Program-made: the position numbers and the translations under genes
NCBI GenBank assembly: GCA_002238865.1
Contig: MPNE01000012.1
Coordinates: 22,937 to 86,936, forward strand
Direction of reading: 5' to 3'
Length of the DNA: 64,000 nt
Origin: Gemmatimonadetes bacterium bin94
GTDB taxonomy: Bacteria > Gemmatimonadota > Gemmatimonadetes > Longimicrobiales > Gaopeijiaceae
In this document: positions 1 to 7,338 of the stretch, one piece after another
Layout of the letters: every line of letters begins with the position of its first letter
Position numbering within the stretch: position 1 is the first letter of the stretch
Notes under the pieces: model-generated
What the model saw: only the letters and a program-made list of their open reading frames with translations
Told to the model about the DNA's origin: nothing
The model's database searches: none

Positions 1-89
1 CTGATCAATACCTTAATGGGCCCGGTTGCTCCCCAACGTTTCGCGCCGTAACAATGCCCTTGGCGCACCGCTTTCGGAAAGGGTCAGAA

Positions 90-1970
90 ATGCGACGATC
101 GACTTTGCTCTTCGGCACCGCCCTCCTGGCGTCGGCGTCCGCCGCCCGCGCCCAGGACGAGCGCATGACGCGCTACCCCTACGAGAACCGCACCGACGTC
201 GACCTCGCGGCAATCTTCGAACCCAAATGGGACGTCATGGTCCCCATGCGCGACGGTGTCCACCTGCACACCGAGATCTACATCCCGCGGGGCCGGACCG
301 AGACGCTCCCGATCATGCTCGAGCGCACCCCCTACTACGCCAACCCGCAGGAGCAGGACTACTCGATCCGGCTGGACTGGTACACCGAGTTCTTCGACGA
401 AGGGTACATCTTCGTCCTGCAGGACCTGCGGGGGCGCTACCTGTCCGAGGGCGATTTCCGCACCCTGCCTCCCAACCGGAAGCCCGACGACGTCGACGGC
501 ACCGACGAGTCTACCGACTTCTACGACACCATCGAGTGGCTGGTGAACAACGTGCCCGGCAACAACGGCCGGGTCGGCACGTGGGGGATTTCGTACGGCG
601 GCTTCCTTTCCACGCGGGCAATGGTCGACCCCCACCCCGCCCTGGCCGCTGTCTCACCGCAGGCGACCTGCGCCGACATGTTCATCGGCGACGACTTCCA
701 CCACAACGGCGCCTTCCGGTTCAGCTACGCCTACGAGGCGGCAGTGCGGTTCGAAATGCCCCCCGAGCTGTGGCCCCCCGAGGGCCCCTGGGACAAGTAC
801 AGGCGCTATCTGGAGATGGGCCCGCTCTCCCGGGTCAGCGAGATCCTGCGCGGCCAGTCACGCATGTGGAACGACTCCGTGGCGCATCCGAACATGGACG
901 AGTACTGGGAGACGGAGATGTGCGGCGTCTTCCCGTATATGCAGGGTGTCACCGTCCCCGCGCTCCACGTCACCGGCTGGTACGACGCGGAGGACTTCTA
1001 CGGTCCCATCGAGGTCTACAAGCAACTCGAAGCCGACGACCAGGACAACGAGAACTTCCTCGTGCTCGGCCCCTGGCGCCACGGCGGCTGGAGCTTCGAC
1101 GAGGTCGGCCGGAGGGTGATCGACATCGACCTGGGGAGCGAGACCGCCCGCTACTTCCGCGAAGAGATCCACGCCCCCTGGTTCGCCTACTGGCTGAAGG
1201 ACAAGGGGTCGCTGCCCGCCGCCGAGGCGATCACCTTCCAGACCGGTTCCAACGAGTGGAAGCAGTACGCCAGTTGGCCCGCCGAGGGCATGGTGCCGCG
1301 CAACGTGTACCTGCGGGCCGACGGCGTCGTCTCGTTCGACCCGCCGCCCGCCTCGGAGGGCGACGAGATGGCCTACGACGAGTACGTCTCCGACCCCGAC
1401 AACCCGGTGCCCTTCCAGTACCGGCCGATCCACTACGATCGCTGGCACCTCTGGCAGGCTGAGGACCAGCGCTTCGTCGACGGGCGTCCCGACGTGCTGA
1501 CCTGGGAGTCGGAGCCGCTGGAAGAGGGGTTCGCGATCACCGGCGACATCGTGGCCCACCTTTTCGCCTCGACCAGCGGCGGCGGCGCGGACTGGATCGT
1601 GAAGCTGATCGACGTCTACCCCGACGATGATCCCAACCCCGCGCTGCGAGGCTACCAGTACATGGTCGCCGGCGAGGTATTCCGCGCCCGCTTCCGCAAC
1701 AGCTACCGCGAGCCCGACCCCGTCGTCCCGAACGAAGTCACTTCCTACGCGATCAGCCTGCGCGATCGAGATCACCGCTTCCTGGCCGGTCACAGGATCA
1801 TGGTGCAGGTCCAGAGCACCTGGTTCCCGATCATCGACCGGAACCCGCAGACGTGGGTGCCGAACATCTTCGAGGCGGTGGAGGAGGACTTTGCCAGGGC
1901 GACGAAAAGGGTGTATCGGTCGGCGGAATACCCGACGCACATCACGCTGCTGGTGAATCCGGGGGGGTAG
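90..1970 (+). CDS. CocE/NonD family hydrolase (peptidase S15, X-Pro dipeptidyl-peptidase-like), secreted
   Basis: ORF 54..1970. I moved the start to ATG 90, which gives a signal-like N-terminus (MRRSTLLFGTALLASASAARAQ). Family-typical stretches are present: VPMRDGVHLHTEIYIP, LERTPY and the nucleophile elbow GISYGG, followed by a long C-terminal beta-sandwich-like region. Confidence 0.8.
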   Translation: MRRSTLLFGTALLASASAARAQDERMTRYPYENRTDVDLAAIFEPKWDVMVPMRDGVHLHTEIYIPRGRTETLPIMLERTPYYANPQEQDYSIRLDWYTEFFDEGYIFVLQDLRGRYLSEGDFRTLPPNRKPDDVDGTDESTDFYDTIEWLVNNVPGNNGRVGTWGISYGGFLSTRAMVDPHPALAAVSPQATCADMFIGDDFHHNGAFRFSYAYEAAVRFEMPPELWPPEGPWDKYRRYLEMGPLSRVSEILRGQSRMWNDSVAHPNMDEYWETEMCGVFPYMQGVTVPALHVTGWYDAEDFYGPIEVYKQLEADDQDNENFLVLGPWRHGGWSFDEVGRRVIDIDLGSETARYFREEIHAPWFAYWLKDKGSLPAAEAITFQTGSNEWKQYASWPAEGMVPRNVYLRADGVVSFDPPPASEGDEMAYDEYVSDPDNPVPFQYRPIHYDRWHLWQAEDQRFVDGRPDVLTWESEPLEEGFAITGDIVAHLFASTSGGGADWIVKLIDVYPDDDPNPALRGYQYMVAGEVFRARFRNSYREPDPVVPNEVTSYAISLRDRDHRFLAGHRIMVQVQSTWFPIIDRNPQTWVPNIFEAVEEDFARATKRVYRSAEYPTHITLLVNPGG

Positions 1971-2183
1971 CGACTGGATTGGGAGGTCACGCCAGGTGGT
2001 ATTCGAAGAGCGACCGGCCAAGTTGCATCTAAGTGCATGTTAATACATGGGTTAGCTGACTCTCTCGAATTATCTTCGGCCGGGCGCCGAGGGTGTCTGT
2101 CGGAAAATGACCCCACATTCCAACGGTTGGTGGCGTTTAAGGAGGTAGGGACAAGTGCCACACCAACCAGGTGAGGGGTTCAA

Positions 2184-2747
2184 ATGGGGCGGACGCGGCG
2201 GACCACCGGCGAGGGCAGGAGGAGTACAGCGACTGAGAACCACGGTCGGGGAGAAGACCTATCCTTCCGGGACGCCGTCGAGCCCTTCATTCGGGCCTGT
2301 CCCGGCCCGGCTCCGGCTGCCAAGGCGCTGCGTCTGGTGGCGTACCAGGCGATCAGGGGGATCCCCGGGCTGGAGCCGGAAGACTCTGCACACTCGAAAC
2401 CGAGCAAGAACCACGATGGTGGGAAGTCGTCCCCGATTCGCACTTTGAAGGACGCAGCGAGCGCCGTTTTCTATACCGCCGACCATCTAACCAAGCAGGC
2501 CCGGCGCTACGGATACTGCATCTTGCTGGCGATTCGATGGGTCACCTTTCTGCAGGGGTACGCGCTCCACGAACAAGGAGCGAGTCAAACGCTGATCGCG
2601 CGCCGGTTGGGGTTCTCGGATGCTTCGTCCTGGAGCAGGTTCGTCAAGAACCTTACCGGAAAGACTCCCACTCAGTTGCCGCGCCTGCAGTTGAGCGACT
2701 GGGCTATCGAGGCCCGGCGGCGTGTGTTTTTCGGCCCGGATCGGTGA
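2184..2747 (+). CDS. AraC-type helix-turn-helix DNA-binding protein (intact copy of a repeated gene)
   Basis: The C-terminal ~100 aa carry two AraC-like HTH units (LKDAASAVFYTADHLTKQARRYG and LIARRLGFSDASSWSRFVKNLTGKTPTQL). Differences from the second copy at 9.2 kb are mostly synonymous in this frame (gtc/gtg, gag/gaa, tgt/tgc, aag/aaa), which supports this frame as coding. A GAGGGG Shine-Dalgarno-like motif lies 5 nt before ATG 2184. Confidence 0.6.
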   Translation: MGRTRRTTGEGRRSTATENHGRGEDLSFRDAVEPFIRACPGPAPAAKALRLVAYQAIRGIPGLEPEDSAHSKPSKNHDGGKSSPIRTLKDAASAVFYTADHLTKQARRYGYCILLAIRWVTFLQGYALHEQGASQTLIARRLGFSDASSWSRFVKNLTGKTPTQLPRLQLSDWAIEARRRVFFGPDR

Positions 2748-2828
2748 CCGGCGGGCGAAAACGCCGGTTCCTGCGCCCGGAAGCCGGATATTGTCAAGGA
2801 TTGGCCGGGTTGGAACATGGCGGACCGG
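2192..2828. repeat. Dispersed repeat, copy 1 (637 nt), covering the HTH gene plus ~80 nt downstream
   Basis: Aligns by eye with 9246..9796. It includes exact runs such as gcgctgcgtctggtggcgtaccaggcgatcagggggatccccgggctgga (50 nt) and tcctggagcaggttcgtcaagaaccttaccggaaagac (38 nt). Confidence 0.85.
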
Positions 2829-3021
2829 AGACTCGGGACACAGACTGCTTGGGTGCGGTGGATGGAATACGCCATTCGCCGTATGGGATATCCACCCCAG
2901 ACCGAATCTGGGAGGCAGAGTTGGTCGCACGGCCAATTCAAGGATCCGTCACTCTTTCTTGGCTTCAACTTCCTGGAGGAAAGACCTCCCTGGAGAAACG
3001 AGCCACCCACGGAGGTGCACA

Positions 3022-3606
3022 ATGTTCAAAACCAGCAAGTTTGTCCCGTCCCCTAGGCTCCCGATTCCAACCCGATTGCTGTTAGGAGTTTTGGCCGTCG
3101 GGTTGCCCCTTACCTTCAGCCAGGGCTCACGGTTCATACAGCCAGCTGAAGTCGGTGTAGCCGAGGCAGCCAGCCCATCGACTTTGGAGGCGCCGGCCCC
3201 CACCGAATGTGGCTACTGCTGGCCGTCAGGCCGTAGCAAGCACTATTCTCATGCGGCCTGGGCTCCCATGTCGGGCGCCGGTTACGGAGACGGGTGGCAC
3301 ACGAGAGATGAGCCCGGAAACTGCTCTCTGGTTCACGGGATTTGCGTTTTTGTCGCTGCGGCGGATGAAGGGCAGCTGAATGCCGTTGAACTCACGGACG
3401 CGATCACCGAGGCAGTGGCATCACGAGACGTTGGACGGCTGGCGCGGCTTGCGATGGCTCCACCGGTTCAGTTGTTCGCCGCTCGAAGCGCCATCCAGAT
3501 CTTGGGGTGCGATGAAATGACGGTCGTGGGTCATGTGCCGGTGGACCAGGCGCTGCTCGCGGCGGTCGACGCCGCGGCCGCGCAGCTATTCGTCGCGCCC
3601 CAATGA
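3022..3606 (+). CDS. Hypothetical secreted protein with a CxxC motif
   Basis: ATG 3022 is preceded by GGAGG (3011-3015) inside ORF 2722..3606. It has a hydrophobic N-terminal segment (LLLGVLAVGLPLTF), and Cys-containing motifs ECGYCW and GNCSLVHGIC. Its stop lies 9 nt before the next gene. I recognised no family. Confidence 0.45.
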   Translation: MFKTSKFVPSPRLPIPTRLLLGVLAVGLPLTFSQGSRFIQPAEVGVAEAASPSTLEAPAPTECGYCWPSGRSKHYSHAAWAPMSGAGYGDGWHTRDEPGNCSLVHGICVFVAAADEGQLNAVELTDAITEAVASRDVGRLARLAMAPPVQLFAARSAIQILGCDEMTVVGHVPVDQALLAAVDAAAAQLFVAPQ

Positions 3607-3615
3607 GGGAGTGAC

Positions 3616-4707
3616 GTGTCGAAATCGAGCGCGATCCGAACGATCTCCGCAGTTCTGGCATGTCTTGCTCCTGCGCCGACTCTATCGGCGCAGGAGCCGG
3701 TTCGCCTGTCCGGCGAGGTCACGTGTTCCCAGTGCGTGATCACGCTGGACACCGTGCTCACCCTGGGGGGTCTGGGCGGCCCTGGGCTCCATGTGATCAC
3801 CGACGAGTCCCGTGTCGCGGTGGATCCCGGCGGAAGGATCCTCGTGACCAACCTCAAGGAGGCCGAGATCTCGGTCTTCGATTCCGCTGGCACGTTTCTC
3901 CAGACGGTTGGCGGCCGAGGTGAGGGGCCAGGCGAATACACCTTCATCTCTCGCATCAACGCCGGACCCAGATACATCCATGTCTTCGAGTATCATCACG
4001 GCAGGACCCTGCTCGACCACGGCTTCAATGTGGTCGCCGAACACCCCCTTCCGGGATGGGTCTGGGACGCGTTCGTCACGGAGTCGGACGATGCCGTGTT
4101 CGCCGGTCGCTTGCCGACACCTGGCTCCGTGGGCCTCGACCTTCACGTCTTCAGCCCGTCGGGTGACATCACGTCGTACGGCGATGACCACCTGGTGCGA
4201 CCCCAGGCCCTTGACGATGTCCTCTACGTTGCCGGCAACGGCCAGACGCTTTGGGTACTGCCCGAAACCCGAAACCGATTGGTGCGTTGGGACCTGGGGT
4301 CGAGTCCCCGGGTTGGGAGCGTGTTCGACAGGGTGGTCGAGCCCTTCGAGCGCCACAATCCGCCTCATTTCAGCTTGCCCCGATCCTTCAACGTCGGGGC
4401 CATGCTCAACGACGACGGCCTCTGGGTCGCCTGGATCGCTCCCGATCCCGAGTGGACCGATCGGCGGGTCACGCTGGGCGGAATCCCGCCTGACGTTCCC
4501 CCCAGCCGGGAGTACGACGGATGGATCGACCTCATCGATCCGACGACCGGGCGTTCGCTCGCCCGCCACCGGAGCGACAAGACCTCGCTCGGGTTCGCCA
4601 AGGGGCATGGCTACCTGATCATGTACGAAGAGACGGAAGCTGGAGTACCGTACATCCACCTGGTCGAGCCACGCCTGACCCGCGACGTGCGCGGCGCTAG
4701 CCCTTGA
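3616..4707 (+). CDS. 6-bladed beta-propeller (NHL-like) protein, secreted
   Basis: GTG start with a GAGGGAG Shine-Dalgarno motif and a signal peptide (AVLACLAPAPTLSAQ). It carries the repeated blade motif around GGRGEGPGEYTF, typical of the 6-bladed beta-propeller / NHL-like family, and is a paralogue of 4728..5912 and 10048..11430. Confidence 0.6.
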   Translation: MSKSSAIRTISAVLACLAPAPTLSAQEPVRLSGEVTCSQCVITLDTVLTLGGLGGPGLHVITDESRVAVDPGGRILVTNLKEAEISVFDSAGTFLQTVGGRGEGPGEYTFISRINAGPRYIHVFEYHHGRTLLDHGFNVVAEHPLPGWVWDAFVTESDDAVFAGRLPTPGSVGLDLHVFSPSGDITSYGDDHLVRPQALDDVLYVAGNGQTLWVLPETRNRLVRWDLGSSPRVGSVFDRVVEPFERHNPPHFSLPRSFNVGAMLNDDGLWVAWIAPDPEWTDRRVTLGGIPPDVPPSREYDGWIDLIDPTTGRSLARHRSDKTSLGFAKGHGYLIMYEETEAGVPYIHLVEPRLTRDVRGASP

Positions 4708-4727
4708 TCATCCGACACGCCCGAGTC

Positions 4728-5912
4728 ATGACGCCACTTGGTGCGGCCCTCACGCTTCTGATGGCCGGGTGCGGTGGCGACCCGGGGCCGGGGCGACGTG
4801 TGATGGCGGAGGTGGACACAGTCGGGGGGGTCGTGGTGGTGCGAAACGGGGCCGATGGTCTTTGGCGCAGATCCGAGGAGTGGCGGGTCGTCGAGGAATT
4901 CAGGGTGGGAAACGTCCAGGGAAACCCGGACGAGGAACTCACGACCTCCAGGAACAACAGCGTGTCCCTTGGACCGAACGGTCAGATCTACGTCCTCGAT
5001 CGCTCGACCGACCGCATCGTGGTGTTCAGCGGCGACGGCGAGTTCGTGAGAAGTTTCGGGGGCTCCGGTGAGGGTCCCGGCGAGTTGCGTAGCCCGATGG
5101 CCCTGGCCTGGGATGGAACGGATCGGCTCTGGGTAGCGGACGGACTGAACGGACGGTATCACGTCTTCGACTCGACAGGCTCGTTTCAAAAGTCCGTGCC
5201 AAGACCGGTACGGTCGGTCATGCGTATTCAGCATCCCCTCCAGTGGGAGGGCACGGGCACCCTTGTCGACGAGACCGTTGGGGCCGACAGCCCCAGGCCG
5301 GTGCTGTACTTGCGGGTTGATTCGGTGGGACAGATCATCGACACGGTGGCGGTGGCCCCCAAGAGTCCGCCGCTTCCAACTGGTTTTCAGGCCGTCTTCA
5401 TTCGGCCGAGTCAGGAGTCGCTTCAATTCGTCGTCAATCACTACATACCGCGACTGCGATGGAGCCTGGCCCCCGACGGCACGATCTGGTCGGCGTCGAC
5501 CGGTCGCCTTCGTCTGGTCCAGACGACTCCGAGGGGTGACACTATACGGATAGTCGAGACCTCGCACCGGACCCCGACGTTCGATCGAGCGGACCGGAAA
5601 GCGATTGCGGACGGCCTCGCGGAAGGGGGCATTTCGGGACAGGATGCCGGGTTGGTCCGGCCAGTGGTCAACGAGATCTATGTGACGGACGGTGGCCACA
5701 TCCTGGTCGGGATCGTCGAAAAGGTGGGAGACGCTCCCAGCCTCCTCGACGTATTCAGCCCGGAGGGGTACTTCCTGGGCAGCGTCGACCTGGGTTTTGG
5801 CATTCCCCGTCGCAACTTGCCCGCGCTCGTCGGGGACACGATCATCGCGGTCACACCCGGCATTTTCGATGTGCCCTACCTCGTGCGCGCCACGATAAAG
5901 CGCCCTGGGTAG
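4728..5912 (+). CDS. 6-bladed beta-propeller (NHL-like) lipoprotein
   Basis: ATG 4728 gives MTPLGAALTLLMAGCGG (lipobox LMAGC). Motifs: IYVLDRSTDRIVVFSGDGEFVRSFGGSGEGPGELRSP and LWVADGLNGRYHVFD. Confidence 0.6.
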   Translation: MTPLGAALTLLMAGCGGDPGPGRRVMAEVDTVGGVVVVRNGADGLWRRSEEWRVVEEFRVGNVQGNPDEELTTSRNNSVSLGPNGQIYVLDRSTDRIVVFSGDGEFVRSFGGSGEGPGELRSPMALAWDGTDRLWVADGLNGRYHVFDSTGSFQKSVPRPVRSVMRIQHPLQWEGTGTLVDETVGADSPRPVLYLRVDSVGQIIDTVAVAPKSPPLPTGFQAVFIRPSQESLQFVVNHYIPRLRWSLAPDGTIWSASTGRLRLVQTTPRGDTIRIVETSHRTPTFDRADRKAIADGLAEGGISGQDAGLVRPVVNEIYVTDGGHILVGIVEKVGDAPSLLDVFSPEGYFLGSVDLGFGIPRRNLPALVGDTIIAVTPGIFDVPYLVRATIKRPG

Positions 5913-6025
5913 GGCCCCTCGGGCCGATCACCGGGGGTCGCGCGGGGCCGGTACGGGAATGGCTTCGAGAGCGAACCCGGGATATGAGCACCTGACTGCA
6001 CCTCCACCGATTGTAAGCAAATTCC

Positions 6026-6637
6026 TTACCTTGTGGCGTTCCGCACGACCCCGGGCGAATCCGCACCACGGCTCCGCCGCAGCAGCACGTAGAACGCCCC
6101 TTGGCCCCCATGCCTGTGCTGCGCGGGCACGCACGCCAACACAAGCGGGCGGGTTGCGGTCTCGTTCAGCCACCGTTCAAGCTCCCCGCGCAGCACGCCC
6201 CGGGCCTCGGTGAGCGGATCACGTCTTCCGGCGAGCGGATCGCGCCGTCCCTGCCCGGTAATGACGAGAACGCAGCGGAGGCCGCGCTGGGCGGACTGGG
6301 CCAGGAATGCAGCCACCTTGCCCGCAGCCTCTCTGCGTGAGAATCCATGCAAGTCCAGCCGGGCGTCGATCGCCATACTGCCGGCGCGCAATGCGTCGGC
6401 TTGACGCCCTTCAAGCCCGGCGACCGAGCCGATCTCGATGCGGGTGCCTCTCCCTGCGGAACCTGCCTCCGCTGCCCGTTTTCCACAGGCCCGGCGCTCG
6501 CGGACCGCCGCGCCGTGCCGCGCCCTGACAACCGTTTCCTCGGCCAGGCGGCCACGCCCCGGAAGACGCGATACGCCAGCCATCCGCTGCTCGAACTCGT
6601 CCTGTCCCGCCTCGTCTCGGTCGTCGGCGCCGTTCAT
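6026..6637 (-). CDS. Smr-domain endonuclease-like protein (SmrB/SmrA-like)
   Basis: Smr core: LDLHGFSRREAAGKVAAFL...CVLVITGQG...HGGQGAFYVLL. The N-terminal DEFEQRMAGVSRL resembles the E. coli SmrB N-terminal region. The chosen ATG 6637 overlaps the PIN gene stop in ATGA; an alternative start is at 6655. Confidence 0.75.
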   Translation of the reverse strand: MNGADDRDEAGQDEFEQRMAGVSRLPGRGRLAEETVVRARHGAAVRERRACGKRAAEAGSAGRGTRIEIGSVAGLEGRQADALRAGSMAIDARLDLHGFSRREAAGKVAAFLAQSAQRGLRCVLVITGQGRRDPLAGRRDPLTEARGVLRGELERWLNETATRPLVLACVPAQHRHGGQGAFYVLLRRSRGADSPGVVRNATR

Positions 6638-7032
6638 GACCGGAGGGCTTCCCACAGACCCCGCGCCGACACAATGCCGATCGGGATGTCTTCGTCGATC
6701 TCAAGGAGATCCCGGTCTCCAGTCACGAGCATACCTGCCTCGCCTGCAATCGCTTGTTCCAGCACAACGACGTCGTCGGGATCGCGTACTTCGATCCCGA
6801 GCGGCGGTGCCCGGTCAATTGCGATTCCGTGCCGACGGAGGAACACTTCCGCCGATTCCACGGTCGCGAGCGGTACGCCCAGCTTGTCACAAAGCACACG
6901 GCGCAGCTCACCGAGGACCGTCTCGCTCACGACCAGTGTGTGGTCGGCAATGACTACCCGAAGCACATCGGCACAGATGCCCCTGGCAGCCAGGGCACTG
7001 ACCAGGACGTTCGTGTCGAGGAAAACCCTCAA
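6634..7032 (-). CDS. PIN-domain toxin (VapC-like, PIN_3 type)
   Basis: MRVFLDTNVLVSAL, then SETVLGEL, RDPDD and LVTGDRDLL, which are the acidic residues of a PIN fold. It is 132 aa, and its start overlaps the stop of the upstream RHH gene. Confidence 0.85.
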   Translation of the reverse strand: MRVFLDTNVLVSALAARGICADVLRVVIADHTLVVSETVLGELRRVLCDKLGVPLATVESAEVFLRRHGIAIDRAPPLGIEVRDPDDVVVLEQAIAGEAGMLVTGDRDLLEIDEDIPIGIVSARGLWEALRS

Positions 7033-7250
7033 GAGATATCGCGGAAGACATCTTCGTCGGTCAGATAGCCTCGGGCCTCTGCGAACGGAACGATGCGTCG
7101 ACGCAGGTCAGCGAGGTGATCGAGCGCCAGCTGACGCTCCAGGGCGTCGCGTACAACCGCACTCCTGCTCCGGCCGCTCCGGCGGGCGGCACGGTCCAGC
7201 CGGCGCCCGAGCACCTCGTCGATTCTGATCGTAACGGATTGCGTCTTCAT
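7029..7250 (-). CDS. Ribbon-helix-helix (CopG-like) antitoxin
   Basis: Start at ATG 7250 (MKTQSVTIRIDEVLGRRLDRAARRSGRSRSAVVRDALERQL). It is 73 aa and lies immediately upstream of, and overlapping, the PIN gene. An AT-rich region with a short palindrome (TACA-A-TGTA) lies upstream. Confidence 0.8.
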   Translation of the reverse strand: MKTQSVTIRIDEVLGRRLDRAARRSGRSRSAVVRDALERQLALDHLADLRRRIVPFAEARGYLTDEDVFRDIS

Positions 7251-7338
7251 GTCATACAATGTAATACGGAATTGAGGGATGTGCCGGGATCGCCTAGTCT
7301 GGCGCAGGACTCCGCTGCTACCCTGAAGGAGGCGCATC

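Noticed and set aside
2155-2448. An alternative-frame ORF starting at GTG 2155, 9 nt after a strong AAGGAGG motif and overlapping the 5' half of the HTH gene
   Set aside because: Differences between the two repeat copies are synonymous in the 2184 frame, not in this one. Third-position GC bias favours the 2184 frame, and the translation is Arg-rich with no motifs. The Shine-Dalgarno-like motif remains unexplained, so a short overlapping product is not excluded.
2192-2828. The idea that the 0.6 kb repeat is an insertion sequence or MITE
   Set aside because: It has no transposase, no terminal inverted repeats and no target-site duplications at the similarity borders. It carries a selected regulator gene, so I treat it as a duplicated gene cassette.
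2748-2828. A sigma54 or ECF-type promoter in the conserved block after the HTH gene (TTGGCCGGGTTGGAACATGG)
   Set aside because: The spacing does not fit the GG-N10-GC sigma54 consensus. The GGAAC element has no convincing -10 partner that is conserved in both copies. I kept it only as an unexplained conserved non-coding block.
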